Assembly: GCA_002633005.1 (NCBI GenBank)
Contig: NMRA01000593.1
Location: 727-64,726, forward strand
Direction of reading: 5' to 3'
Source: Phoronis australis
Lineage: Eukaryota; Animalia; Phoronida
Length of the DNA stretch: 64,000 bases
The position numbers and the translations under genes were made by a program. Positions 40,417 to 53,290 of the stretch are shown here, piece after piece (position 1 is the first letter of the stretch; every line of letters starts with the position of its first letter). The notes beneath the pieces are model-generated. The model did not search any database, was not told the DNA's origin, and was given only the letters and a program-made list of their open reading frames with translations.

Positions 40417-41075
40417 CTAAAATGAAAAGACAAAGAAAAGGATCGGACAGGAACTCACTTAGTCCTTTTTAGTTTTCGCTTAGAGAGTATCCTAGAAGCG
40501 AACACCTGCCTCCCGTTCAGTAACGCTAGGATGTAGCTTAAAAGCAAGACTTCGCGAGATTACGTGAGATATTGCCGTGTATTTTAAATGAGAACACGTG
40601 ACTTTGACTACGTTTTAGCTAGGTCCTAGCGTCTACTGAACGCACGCCTGATTTAGACCACTTGCCGAAATAAATTGATGTCATCTTGTTCCTAATTAAG
40701 AAGAAATTTCTACATGTAAGTTTACAATGCTTGCCGCATGAAATGACAGTGGTGACATTTTCGGGCAAATGCACCGCTCCCCCTTCGGTGTCCTCGGCTA
40801 CCGGCAAGTCTCTTTGTTTGCCACGACAATTCCGGTAATCTTTGGTGACACAGCTTTGCTTGGTTTGACTGAGTGAGCTATTTTTTGTCTGAATACCAGT
40901 GTTAGCAAATACATCAGACTAATAAAAAACACCAACAAATGTGTTATCAGGTTCCTGCATTAAGCTTTCCGCAATGGGTCACGAATGAATAAAGAATTAA
41001 TAGTGGTTATAAATTCGGTTCTGTAATATCATTTATGTATTGTATAATAATCTTAAATACTATATATGTATTTCC

Positions 41076-41202
41076 GTGTGTGTGTGTGCGTGCGTGCGTG
41101 AGTGTGTGTATATGTCTATGAGTGTGTGTGAGTGTGTGTGCGTCTGTAAGTATGTATATTTATTTGTGTGAGTACGTATGGATGTATGTATTTGTGTGCG
41201 TA
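41076..41202. repeat. Degenerate (GT)/(GTGC)/(TATG) microsatellite; similar tract at ~41540-41610
   Basis: Read directly. Confidence 0.85.
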
Positions 41203-41214
41203 TGAGAGAAAGAA

Positions 41215-41515
41215 AAATGTTTTTTTACATCACATAAACCTGGGTGGCCAACAAGGGTACGGGCCGATACAGTAGCTGACCACCGAGTAACAATAAATAA
41301 AATAGATTTTAACAATTAAGAAGAACAATATAATAACAACAGAAAAAAGTACATCTACAATGAATAAGATACAATTCAAGTTTATTTAAAACGTAAGTTA
41401 AATGAATTTTACCATGAATTGAACAGGGAGATTATTGTTACAAGAGAGAGGCACAGTGAGAAAAGCATATGACTAAGATGTAAGACAGGTGATCAAGGTT
41501 ACTTCAATTAGAACA
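41215..41515 (-). mobile_element. Possible short LINE 3'-end fragment between microsatellite tracts
   Basis: On the minus strand, a decayed ..NNLP..-like segment followed by a T-rich UTR; no intact motif. Confidence 0.3.
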
Positions 41516-42056
41516 TGAATAACAATGTAGATCGTTTCAATGTATGTATGTATTCATTTTGTGCGTATGTATGTATGTATCTGTGTGCATATGTAAGTAT
41601 GCATGCATGCAAGCATTTGCTAAGCGCCATAAAGGTTGAATTCCCGGACGTACATTCAGCTGATGGGGAAGTCTACCACATCATTTTGTACATTGCACGC
41701 CCTTTTCCTCATTTGTTCTCCATAAATCGTCAATCTGAACAGTAATCCCACCAAGTTCACCGAAAGACCATCTTTCTGTTTCTGTTACCAACAAAGTTGG
41801 ACTAAATGTGGAGGAGGATCATAGTGGCAGAAAAAAAGAATTGATCCACAAGTGGGAACTATTCACATGATGGTGATAAAATGTTCCCCAAGAAACTTTA
41901 ATCTATGTTGTCAGTTCACTATTTTGAAAAGAACTATAACGACGCATTCTCTGTCATAACAGTAATAAATATACCGTCACTCATTCTCTGAGTATGCTTA
42001 CACAGCTATTTTTCAATGCCTTGACAAGTTCCTGAGAAGACTAAACCCATTCTTAC

Positions 42057-42277
42057 CACAGAGGTCGCTGCCTGAAGCAAGTACAGATCCTTCAGAACAG
42101 TTTATGAATGAAGACATGTTGGGACTTGCAGTATATACCACCCCGTTGACGTCAAATTGTACGCTTCCGTTGGAAAGCATGGTGTCTGCTTCGTCAAGAA
42201 TTTGCGTCATTTCAGTTTGATCAATTTCTGTAACAAATGTATTCATAATTGAAGCAATTTCTTTTTTAATCGGCAAT
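42057..42277 (-). CDS. Gene A exon, second half of uncharacterised (SEA-like?) domain 2
   Basis: LPIKKEIASIMNTF..INCSEGSVLASGSDLC|gtaaga; 3' boundary clear, 5' boundary/phase ambiguous. Confidence 0.7.
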
Positions 42278-42423
42278 CTTCATCAAGCAGAAAATTATGA
42301 AAACGCTTAAATATGTGTTATCGCTAAAAACTAATCTATACAAAAAGGATCTAACCATAGAACCTTTCAGGATTTTCTGAGAGTGACAAACACGTATTGA
42401 AATCTTCTGGAAACGTTCAATAC

Positions 42424-42651
42424 CAGAACTGTTGTACGTCATCTTGGTAACAATCTGAAGACCCAACGGATCCACCGAACGCTTCCTTTTGGGCGAAAGG
42501 CTCTCCAAACACTGAATTGTGGCTGTCTTGACTGGGCCATTCAGGACACCTAAGTACTTCTGAGCTTGTTCAAGGACTTGCTTAATAGTGTCTTGGTTAC
42601 AAGGCAAGTCCTTTACATCAACCGTTGCCACTGCCTCTTGACTGTCGTCAC
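42424..42651 (-). CDS. Gene A exon, first half of uncharacterised domain 2 with polybasic site KRKR
   Basis: ttgtag| phase 1; GDDSQEAVATVDVKDLPC..IQCLESLSPKRKRSVD..; donor either after 42424 (phase 1) or after 42438 (phase 2). Confidence 0.75.
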
Positions 42652-42904
42652 CTACAAATACGGCGGTCCTTATGAAACCACATAACAGGTAATCAATCTG
42701 CTGATATAAATCTATCGAAAATTGTACAACTACCGCATTTGTTTTTGTAACAATCTACCTCGCTAACTCGATCAAAATGTTTCAGACAGCGCAGTGGTTA
42801 GCACGCGAGACGCTTCGACACAATATGACCAGTAACGTTCATTTTGAAATGGTCAACCGCCAGTGGATGTAATGATTGCAAGATCGACTGAAATACAATC
42901 ATAC

Positions 42905-43120
42905 CTTTTATACATTCGGGAACTTCAAATCTTTTCTGATTATTCTGTGTAGTCCATTTCCATCCATTGTCAGGTCCGCACTCGTATTTTCCACCGTCCG
43001 GAACAATAGTAGTGAAACCATAGCCACGTTTACAAACTGCTGAACAGGAAGCCATACCGTTGTCCTTCTTACAACTGATCAAACCGTTAGGCGGAGCTCG
43101 AAGTAATTTTGGTACACATT
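42905..43120 (-). CDS. Gene A exon, CCP/Sushi domain
   Basis: tcacag|..|gtatga, 216 nt, phase 1-1; C..LRAPPNGLISC..CSAVCKRGYGF..YECG..W..VPEC. Confidence 0.9.
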
Positions 43121-44018
43121 CTGTGAACGGAGATTGCATATCTGATGGCAAATTTAAATTGCTCACATCCATATCCAGTTATTTCAATGTTGTCAAGAGG
43201 CTGAACACGGGTATTTGAAAACGAATACATACTTGATTGCCTTTCTTTATTTTGTTAAATATTAACCTTTAAGTACAAGGCCACAACGAATTCTACTGAA
43301 TTTCAGGCCACGAGAAAAGCACGAACAACGATTGTAAAGCACGGTAACTTGTTTTCCATCTTAGGAAGGAATTTTCTATGGAAGGCGAAAGTTGCAAAGA
43401 CTTACTTGTATGTAAAAATCCAGCAATTGTTGCTCCCAGTGCGCATGACAATTACATTACAGTAGTCCAAAGATGCACGATTCCGAGGGTGTAATAGTGC
43501 AAACATACACCAGATTTTGTACTGGTTTTCATATGTTTTTACATGCAATAATACAAGCACTTCGACTGTTAGTGGCAGTGGCGCAGGCCTACCTACCGAA
43601 AACAATCGCCCGCCGGGAACCACTGCGATTCTAGTGTACCGATAAATTTACTACAATGTACCAGTGAGTTTCGTAGAATGACCATAAACATTGTATTTTA
43701 ATGTTTTATGGCTTAATTCAACCTCATTAGTGACTGCACCTTCGGACCAATTCACCTTTGTACTAGTGATCTGCTCCCGGTAACTGAAAGATACTTACCC
43801 CTTCTCATAAGTGAACCGTTGCTCATTTCGATATACTCAAAGTAAGGAAAAGAATGGACATTTTTTCAGAAATTCAAAATATCAATTGCATTAAGGGAGT
43901 ATTGAGGCTCAGGTCCCCAGATTTGAATATTCGCGCCTCAATTCCTAGGGAGAAGTTTTGAGTCGAATAATTATTCCTTACTTAGAGACACTTACTATTA
44001 TGCGTATATTTGGCGTAT

Positions 44019-44140
44019 TTGTTTGAGTACTCCAACAGGTGGCCAACACCATGGCTTAAGTTGTTTGAGTACTCCAACAGGTGGCCAACACCATGGCTTA
44101 AGTTGTTTAAGTACTCCAACAGGTGGCCAACACCATGGCT
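44019..44140. repeat. 42-bp minisatellite, about 3 copies
   Basis: ttgtttgagtactccaacaggtggccaacaccatggcttaag at 44019, 44061, 44103. Confidence 0.95.
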
Positions 44141-44688
44141 TTCAAGGAGCACAGCCATTCCTTAAAGCGACCAGCCAGGTCACGCCATTCTGATGAGCGC
44201 GGACTAAAGCAATAATGTTCGCAGTCACTTCTTATTAAGACCAGAAATCACATTGATGCCAGTTGTCTAACGATATAAGTAGCTTAGGCCTACTAAATCA
44301 AACGGTGACTTTTCGGAAAACGGACGGCTTATATTTTTATACACAAGTTTATTTTATTGGTAAGGTTAAAATCCCCAATTTCGGATTCAATTCTTCTCTT
44401 CCGGAGAAATTGATAAATGCGCTGTAAAGTTAACACACTCCCAAAAATTTAATTCGTTCTTAAGTTTATCTTAAATATTGTTAACAAAAATTTGCTGTTC
44501 TTGAAATATTTCACGTGTTTATACTTTATTTTTACTCTAGGAGAACTTGAAATACGAAATATAGAACTTGGTTGACTTTTTGAACGTAAAATCACTTCGA
44601 GAAATCAACGTTTCCGAAACAACACTCAGGGGTTCGTTGGAAAACCCCGGAAGTTGCACACATATAAGAAAATGTCTTATTTACGTAC

Positions 44689-44841
44689 CTGGGCAGTCAC
44701 CAATTTCTTGATTGTCTCCAATGCAATCTCTCCCGCCATTCAGGGGAAATGGGTCGTCACAAGTTCTGTTCCGTGACCTTTTACCTTCATCACGTCGCGT
44801 GCAGCTACCCCATTCACCCCAGGCGCTCCATTTACCATGCA
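44689..44841 (-). CDS. Gene A exon, shortened TSP1 repeat (not in ORF track)
   Basis: tttcag|..|gtacgt, 153 nt, phase 1-1; VHGKWSAWGEWGSCTRRDEGKRSRNRTCDDPFPLNGGRDCIGDNQEIGDCP. Confidence 0.88.
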
Positions 44842-45506
44842 CTGAAATGAGCACCAGTCACCGCGGGTATCAGTAAGAACATACCATCATTGTGAGGTTG
44901 GGGTTAAGCTTCACTCGCACCGCTTTCCATTCCAGTGATTTGTAAGCTTTTTCAATTATGAGCACACCCTGGCCATCATTTTCAATTGATACCCACGTTC
45001 CCGATTCAACCCCTAGCATACATTCACGACTAAGACCGAGTTCATGGAGACACCAGACACTATTCAAATGCTAGATTGCCTGCCAATGCTAGACAGGATT
45101 TGAACCTTGGTGTCTCAAATGGAGTACGCTGTTCAAACCACATACTGTCTCTGTCTGAATGTAAGTACCACGCTAGGTGTACACGTGGTTCAGGTGAAGT
45201 GTATGCGGTGAGAAATTCTTGCTTTCGAACTCACTTGATTTCAAAGTTAACGTCGCTTGAAAAAAAACAAACCTCGGCATGTAGAGTTATATTCAAACTA
45301 ATTCACATTCCGGTTCAATACTAATTGCTTCTGTACAGAAAATATGAAAAGTTAGACATATGCTGGCATATTGTATGCCTGTGCGTAAGGAAAAATCTGC
45401 AAGTATATGCCTATGGCTTTCTCGGGGTGGGGGTCAGAAAAAGGCAGTTGTGTAATAGTTATCTTTGATACTGGAACGACCTCCAGCATGAAACATTCAA
45501 ACTTAC

Positions 45507-45638
45507 CCAAGTTAAGTTCGCAAAACTGTCCAGTAAAAGATGCCTTGCATAGACACTTGTAACCATTTTCGAGTCCAAGGCAGGTTGCGTCATTGCGACA
45601 GTCGTTTTCACTGCAGTCGTTCAGCGTGCAGTTTCGAC
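45507..45638 (-). CDS. Gene A exon, EGF-like domain
   Basis: gcttag|..|gtaagt, 132 nt, phase 1-1; GRNCTLNDCSENDCRNDATC..YKCLC..FTGQFCE. Confidence 0.9.
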
Positions 45639-46202
45639 CTAAGCGTTTATACAAAAACTCATGATGGAAAGGTATAGGTGCATTAATCTAAGAGAAAGTA
45701 TAAATATTAATCATGGACACATTGGTTTTGATAGAAAGAGAGTAGCTCACTACTCTGAAGTTTACTAATCCGAAGGCCAACTAATACGGTGGATCTGAGC
45801 CATAAACGTTGAAATATAATTTCTGTCCTCATTCTACGAAACTCACAGATGCTAGAAAGTCAATCGGGCTGCACAAAAAATGCATTTATTTGAGAGTTTT
45901 AAAGAACGAAAACATTCGCTTCCATTCATCCACCTATGAGATTCAAACTATTGCGAGTATAATGAGCCATACATGTAATTCGCAATAAACAATTATATTT
46001 TTCACTTTGTGTTCCTTCACAGCGATGTCTAAATAGTGCAAACCATTGACTTGAAATTATTTAGGTATTGCTTTTCGTGTGCACTCACTGACTTACGAAC
46101 TAATCATGTACAGGGAAACATGCACGCTGTTGGACTCCGCAGTGTAACTGCATATCCATTACACATCTTTCATGGGAAATTTAACAAATTGGAAAATTGT
46201 AC

Positions 46203-46298
46203 CTGTGAGCCCAAGAGGACATGTGCAAATGTATTCCGAACCGTTGTTAACACATGTTCCGTTGTTCTGGCAAGGTTCAAAATCACATGGAGGAGGAG
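46203..46298 (-). CDS. Gene A exon, EGF-like domain (not in ORF track)
   Basis: tttcag|..|gtacaa, 96 nt, phase 1-1; PPPCDFEPCQNNGTCVNNGSEYICTCPLGLT. Confidence 0.9.
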
Positions 46299-46795
46299 CT
46301 GAAATGTATAAAACATCTACCGTCAGAGGTCCTCGCGGGACGAGAGGTTTTGTCGGGGGTGCCCCTCAGTATTAAATAGGTGACCCGAAAACTGGGATTG
46401 AATACAGGCAGCGGAATGAATTTTCTAAGGTTTGTGACGACTGGGGTAAAGCAACGACCGGGGATAGTAATGACGATCAGTGGTGTCGTTTGATTTAGCA
46501 AAATGGGATATGTCTGTGACCTTCACCAATCCTTTTTACTGGACATCTCACAGGAGGTACCTATGTCATTACCATTATCTTCTTAACAATACCACCGTTT
46601 ACCCATAGCAATTAAAAGCGCCCTGGAATGCGTAACCTGTATGAGATGTCTAGACAGACAGTGCGCAGAACACACGTTAGCCTGGATCCATATCCAGTCC
46701 GAGACATTTTACATACTGCCCATTATTTCTCTACATATCTTCAGATGTCGTTCACACAATTTTTGTATATGTACGAGCGGCATGACATGACCTAC

Positions 46796-46966
46796 GTGGG
46801 CATTCTTCCAAGTTGCACCGTCCTTCTTCGGTCAGCGAGTCATTGCAGTAAAGACCACCATTAGACGGAGGTGGGTTATCACATGACCTGTTTCTTCGGT
46901 GTTCACCGCCTTCGCACGACCGAGAGCATTGTGTCCAGGCAGACCAGGGGCTTAATCCACCGTTCA
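46796..46966 (-). CDS. Gene A exon, TSP1 repeat
   Basis: tttcag|..|gtaggt, 171 nt, phase 1-1; VNGGLSPWSAWTQCSRSCEGG..RNRSCDNPPP..C. Confidence 0.92.
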
Positions 46967-47030
46967 CTGAAATTACCAAATTTGGAATATAGTCTACAGC
47001 TTAACATCTGTGCTACAAATTGCCTCGGCG

Positions 47031-47076
47031 CTAATACTTGAGCCCATACTACGGTGCTAATACTTGAGCCCATACT
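47031..47076. repeat. 25-bp tandem duplication containing ctaatacttgagcccatacta
   Basis: Read directly. Confidence 0.85.
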
Positions 47077-47493
47077 AGAATAACCGAATGTAATAAAAAA
47101 AAATTTCGATAAAAATGGCTATCAACTCAAGGAATGTACATTGCGTGTTACACGGTCTTGTTGTGTGATCAATGTTTTCACGAGACGTGCCAGAAACCTT
47201 TAATTCGTAATCACAGCGTGGCGTTTGTTCAAAGAAATCGGTTGGCAGTAACAGCAAATTACATGTACGTGCTAATGCATCGACATTTTTAAAGTTACAA
47301 GCGTTTGTCTTATGTACCACATGACTCAGTTAAGACATTGAAGAAAAAATTGCTATTCCGTCCGGCCATATTAGTATTCCGCCTGGCAGATTAATAAACC
47401 CACCGGGTGGAATACTAATCTTCCCGGGCGAATCAGTAATCTGCTTGAGCAGAATGCTGATCTGTCTGGGCGAATTAGATTTTCTAGTATTAC

Positions 47494-47664
47494 CTGGACA
47501 CGGGTGGTCGTTGCACTGCCTCTTCTCCAACTTCGACCCTTCACAACTCAGCCCACCGTATGCAGGTGGTGGATTGTCACACATTCTTGTCCTGTTCTGT
47601 GTTCCTCCTCCGCAAGCACGGGAACACTCTGTCCAATTGGACCACGCACCCCACTGACCGTCAA
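47494..47664 (-). CDS. Gene A exon, TSP1 repeat (copy 1 of duplicated segment)
   Basis: gtttag|..|gtaata, 171 nt; VDGQWGAWSNWTECSRACGGGTQNRTRMCDNPPPAYGGLSCEGSKLEKRQCNDHPCP. Confidence 0.85.
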
Positions 47665-48910
47665 CTAAACATCAACATAAAAGTATAGTCCTGGAACCAT
47701 TTAACTTACGTCATTTTAACGACAGTGCTTCGTATAACTAGAGCAACTTGCCCAAGCGATTTGAAAATTCTACCCTGTCTTAAGTTAATTAAAATTAAAA
47801 TACGTGAGTCTGTGTTTATAATATTTTTTTGGAAAATTCACAACGTAACGCTCACAAATACATCACGATGGGTTTACATAAGAATGTAAGCCAAATGAAG
47901 GCCAAAGTTCAAACAGTTCGCAAACCGGTCAAGACTGAAATTAAAGTGAAAACAGAAAATGCAAAACCAAAGCTATCACGAGAAACAAGGACAAAACAGA
48001 GCGTCGATATGTACCCAAAATGTAGCCTACATTGCTAAAGATAGAAGATGTATATCTGTTCAAATATTTCCATGGTAAAATCAATATCTGTTGTGCATTC
48101 CTCATTAAGAACACTAAAGTCAAAATACATGAAGATCCAAATAAGAACTTGGTAGACATTAAAGGAGACGAAATGACAATTTACAAGTCACTTGGAGGCG
48201 CCACAATTGCCAGAATCGCTCAACAATCAACACCAGCCGTACTCTCTTCGAACAGAAATGAACATGCAAAATGTCATGAAAATCCATCAACGATACAGAG
48301 GAAGACACACAATTCTGCAAGGACAAGCATATGAGTCAGGTATGTCTAAAATCAACACCAATCGTGAACGCTTATGTCAAACTTCATGAACATCCTTTGA
48401 CGCTTAGGTACTACAAAAAGCCACTACAGGGCACTATAGTAGTAGACTCTTTCAGAAAACCAGCGACACTCGTGTTCAGCTCAGCAGGATTGAATTAAAG
48501 AACTTGGTAGAAATTGAGGCAGATGCAAATGAATAGTACATTCGTGACTTCAGCCTAGGTCTAAAAATCTGCCGCCTGGTGATTAATGCTGTTATTACAA
48601 GCNCTGCCAGAAACCTTTAATTCGTAATCACAGCGTGGCGTTTGTTCAAAGAAATCGGTTGGCAGTAACAGCAAATTACATGTACGTGCTAATGCATCGA
48701 CATTTTTAAAGTTACAAGCGTTTGTCTTATGTACCACATGACTCAGTTAAGACATTGAAGAAAAAACTGCTATTCCTTCCGGCCATATTAGTATTCCGCC
48801 TGGCAGATTAATAAACCCACAGGGTGGAATACTAATCTTCCCGGGCGAATCAGTAATCTGCTTGAGCAGAATGCTGATCTGTCTGGGCGAATTAGATTTT
48901 CTAGTATTAC

Positions 48911-49081
48911 CTGGACACGGGTGGTCGTTGCACTGCCTCTTCTCCAACTTCGACCCTTCACAACTCAGGCCACCGTATGCAGGTGGTGGATTGTCACACA
49001 TTCTTGTCCGGTTCTGTGTTCCTCCTCCGCAAGCACGGGAACACTCTGTCCAATTGGACCACGCACCCCACTGACCGTCAA
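48911..49081 (-). CDS. Gene A exon, TSP1 repeat (copy 2; possibly the allelic version of 47494-47664)
   Basis: Same peptide as 47494-47664; two synonymous differences seen. Confidence 0.7.
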
Positions 49082-51246
49082 CTAAACATCAACATAAAAG
49101 TATAGTCCTGGAACCATTTAACTTACGTCATGTTAACGACAGTGCTTAGTATAACTAGAGCAACTTGCCCAAGCCATTTGAAAATTCTACCCTGTCTTAA
49201 GTTAATTAAAATGCGTGAGTCTGTGTTTATAATACTTTTTTGGAAAATTCACAACGTAACGCCCACAAATACATCACGAAGGGTTTATATAAGAATGTAA
49301 GGCAAATGAAGACCTAACTTTGAATTGACTAGTTCAAACAGTTCGCAAACCGGTAAAGACTGAAATTAAAGTGAAAACAGAAAATGCAAAACCAAAGCTA
49401 TCACGAGAAACAAGGACAAAACAGAGCGTCAATATGTACCCACCATGTAGCCTACATTGCTAAAGATAGAAGATGTATATCTGTTCAAATATTTCCATGG
49501 TAAAATCAATATCTGTTGTGCTTTCTTCATTAAGAACACTAAAGCCAAAATACATGAAGATCCAAATAAGAACTTGGTAGACATTAAAGGAGACGAAATG
49601 ACAATTTACAAGTCACTTGGGGGCGCCACAATTGCCAGAATCGCTCAACAATCAACACCAGCCGTATTCTCTTCGAACACAAATGAACATGCAATATGTC
49701 ATGAAAATCCATCAAAGATACAGAGGAAGACACACAATTCTGCAAGGACAAGCACATGAGTCAGGTATGTCTAAAATCAACACCAATCATGAACGCGTAT
49801 GTCAAACTTCATGAACATCCTTTGACGCTTAGGTACTACAAAAAGCCACTACAGGGCACTATAGTAGTAGAATCTTTCAGAAAACCATCGACACTTGTGT
49901 TCAGCTCAGCAGGATTGAATTAAAGAACTTGATAGAAATTGAGGCAGATGCAAATGAATAGTACATTCGTGACTTCAGCCTAGGTCTAAAAATCTGCCGC
50001 CTGGTGATTAATGCTGTTATTACAAGCGCCGGATTCGTTGACATAGTTCTACTCCAGCTAGCGAGCCACATCAGTTGTATTATCATTGAAGTTTACACAT
50101 GCCTTGAGGGATAACTGGAGGTAAGCTACGAAAATACCCGAGCTTCCCTGTACATTAATCCAGGAACGATTTCTTAATGCTGGCCATGTTGTCCTCGAAA
50201 AGGTTTTGATATCACCTCAGCGATAACTATCTTGAATATTCTACCTAAACATCATAGTCAATCACAAGTCTCAGAAAAGAAATCACAACACACCTCAATG
50301 ACTCATCACACATACAGCAACCAATTTTTATCCAAAAGATTCTACGTCAAGGAGGAACTAATATCAACGTTTACTGTTTATTCAAACACTGACTATCTGG
50401 CCGACGGCTAAGGTACACCAAACCATCTATGTTAGCAACTACTTCCAGACGCACTTAGAATATAAAATCTGGTTACAAACTAGTTCACCAGAAGTAGAAT
50501 ATAGCATACAATGGTCAATTATGACATATGCATCATTGTCTTTCTAAACATTTTGGGAATGTCAGATTTCACTAGAAAGAGTTATGTACTTATGCCAGTC
50601 TTCATACTCCGAAAACTTCGGGAATCTGTGACAATGTTCGAGTATTCTTTGCAAACCAGACTGGAAGACCATCAAAAAATCGCTGAGAAGAAAAAATGAC
50701 CGGGAAAGTACACCGACGAACCTAGGGGAGGGGCCAAAGGATGCGACAAAAATAAATACCATCTGCATGCAGTTTTTATGGGCTATGCAGACATTTTTGA
50801 ATGAATGCCGCCACCTTCACCTCGTTACATCCCGGATACGCCAGAGCTCTAGCAGGCGCTCTTGAAGAAATGTCAGCTGAATAAACTCGCTCTATAAAAA
50901 TAAGGAACATCCAAGCCCACTTGAACTCGGTGTATGGATGTTCCACTGTAGGACTATTCTCACAAAGTCAATGAGAGTGCCACGAGCATCTTTTAATCGA
51001 TAAGGTACAGTACATTGGAAGGCAAGGTTACATGTCTCATTATATATTAACTTTAACGAAGCATAATTCACATAAAGGTTTCAGTGTAGTACAATTATCT
51101 GATGAGTTCACAACTACACTAATCGCGATTTGCGTCGCTGTAAGTGTGTGATAAAACCCTTCCCGTTTCGCAACTTGATGGACAGTCTAGACGAAGCGTT
51201 TAAAAACTCATAAGCACATGTCCACAAAATTCCATCATCCTTATAC

Positions 51247-51417
51247 CTGTACATCCTTGTTGGTTGCACCACTCTTTGTCATATTCTACTCCGTTACACT
51301 TCCGTCCACCGTACATTGGGGAAGGGTTAGTGCACGTGCGGGTTCGCCGCCGTTCTCCTGTCCCGCAAGACGCCGTGCATTCACTGAAGCTGCTCCAGGA
51401 ACTCCAACCTCCGTGAA
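51247..51417 (-). CDS. Gene A exon, TSP1 repeat
   Basis: ccatag|..|gtataa, 171 nt, phase 1-1; VHGGWSSWSSFSECTASCGTGERRRTRTCTNPSP..C. Confidence 0.92.
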
Positions 51418-52336
51418 CTATGGTAATAGATAAACAATTAGTCATTGGAGTCCTGACCCCACGATACATGCGTAAGTGGTGGTCTGCAATTGCCACCGAT
51501 TTTTAGTACTTTAATCAATACTTCTCCACAGGTGGATCCTAGTCGGGTTAAGGGCGTCCAAATCCCCCTCTTTGCCTTCCTTAGTTTTAGTAATATCAAA
51601 TCTAGAATTTTCTATTTGTTTACTTGAACCCCCCTTTTTATAAAATCCTTGACTTGACCCCCCTTTTAAAAGACCCCGGATCTGCCTCGTACTCAAAACA
51701 AGATAATCAAGTAATGCCTTTATGGACCACTCTTAGCCAAAACATATCGATGAAACCCTCAAACACTTTGATATCCCGATTTTCCTCAACAACTCTTAAC
51801 TGTTTCCAAGTTGACGGGCAGTTGCCAGATAAACAAAAAGCGAGCAAATTACAATAATTATAGGGTTATTATTTACTGTTCTAAAAAATCTAATTAATAT
51901 TGGCGTTATCTACGAAAGCAAGGCTCAGCACAGCAATTTACCTCGTGTGCAGGCGATCTTCCGTTTGTACCTGACTCAATGCTAGTAACTTTTGGTTTCG
52001 TTCGAGAGTTCACTAAAATGTTTCAAAAGCTCCGGAAAAGAACGAGTTGAAATGTAAAATAGAACAGTTTTGTAAAGCGTAACGCGTGATGTGTGGTCGT
52101 GATCATGTCTGAGCCTCGACTCAGGTATTTTGAGGTCTCGTCCGCGCTGACTCTGTAACAAAACTTGTGAAAGTTTGTCACAATATCAGTGACGTATTTC
52201 AATGTACACGAACATGGTATAACGTTTATCGCGCATGTCGAGTTACGCACCTGATGTTGTTTTAAGACAATTTACACTTGAAGAACATAAAACTGCTTGT
52301 CGTCGCAGTTTTGCCAAAGAAGTTGATTCCACTAAC

Positions 52337-52468
52337 CTCGCTGATACTGACATCGGCCCCCAGCGAATTCTTCAAGGCAGGTGCAGTTGTAGTCTTCGCC
52401 ATTCGCGATACACGTTCCATTGTTTCTACACTCGTGGAAGTTACAGTCAAAAAGACTGCAGTTGGTAC
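52337..52468 (-). CDS. Gene A exon, EGF-like domain
   Basis: acacag|..|gttagt, 132 nt, phase 1-1; GTNCSLFDCNFHECRNNGTCIANGEDYNCTCLEEFAGGRCQYQR. Confidence 0.9.
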
Positions 52469-52607
52469 CTGTGTAAGAAGCACGTGCTTTACAATGACCA
52501 GTTGCAAACCGCTAACATCTTATTTTCCAGAGATTTGGTGTTATTCAATTTATTGAAAACAAACATATGTGGACACAGTTCAACAAAAAAACATTGTATG
52601 ATCATAC

Positions 52608-52703
52608 CTGTAAAACCTGGTGTACATTCGCAGTAATACGAGCTCTTCCCATCAATGCAAATCCCATTATTCTGACAGGGGAGTGATTCGCAGTCGTCAA
52701 TTT
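52608..52703 (-). CDS. Gene A exon, calcium-binding-type EGF domain
   Basis: tttcag|..|gtatga, 96 nt, phase 1-1; [32 protein letters not shown]. Confidence 0.92.
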
Positions 52704-53116
52704 CTGAAAGAAATGCAGTTGATTAGCTTACAACTTTCTTTCACGGGATTTTATTTCAATGAACTCATATTCAGCACAATACAAAATTAACCTGTCGCCA
52801 TGACGTGGGCTAATTATGTTAACAAGAAAAATACTGGTTATGCACTATTAGTGTGGTAAAATTCTAATTACAGAATGGCTTAGCCACCTTACTAAGTTTC
52901 CTGCTAATTCCCCTTGATTCTTGGTCACGAGTTGAGACAACTTTCATTATGGATTCGCCCTCATCCCAGCCGTCATGCCGAGGAATTTCGGGTAATTTTG
53001 TCAGACTACGTTTGGCATCTACTCATGGCTCCCGGCCTTTTCACAGAAGGCATTTCAAGATAATCAAAGGTAGATCAAACCGCAAATGATGATTATAGAG
53101 ACTACATTTTGCGTAC

Positions 53117-53290
53117 CTTTACAGTCAGTGACATTTTTTGATCCAAGGAAATGAGAACGGGTACCGTATGGACACGTTTTGCATTGTGATTGGCCAACTT
53201 CGTCTTGATATTCACCGATACCACACTCAGTACAAGTCTTCTCAGAGGAGCTCCTAACGCGGTCCACAAAAAATCCCGCAGGACAAGTAC
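53117..53290 (-). CDS. Gene A exon, GCC2/GCC3 repeat
   Basis: ttcaag|..|gtacgc, 174 nt, phase 1-1; CPAGFF..CTECGIGEYQDEVGQSQCKTCP..GSKNVTDC. Confidence 0.92.

Larger units (their letters stand above)
47188..50027. repeat. Near-identical direct duplication (47188-48602 and 48605-50027) separated by a single N at 48603
   Basis: Offset about 1417 bp; only scattered substitutions and small indels. Confidence 0.95.

Noticed and set aside
44019-44140. Three 42-bp repeats as a possible CRISPR array
   Set aside because: Units are contiguous with no unique spacers, no cas genes, and lie in a eukaryotic intron
48032-49759. Pair of 100-aa + strand ORFs
   Set aside because: They recur only because of the 1.4 kb duplication; intronic, no motif
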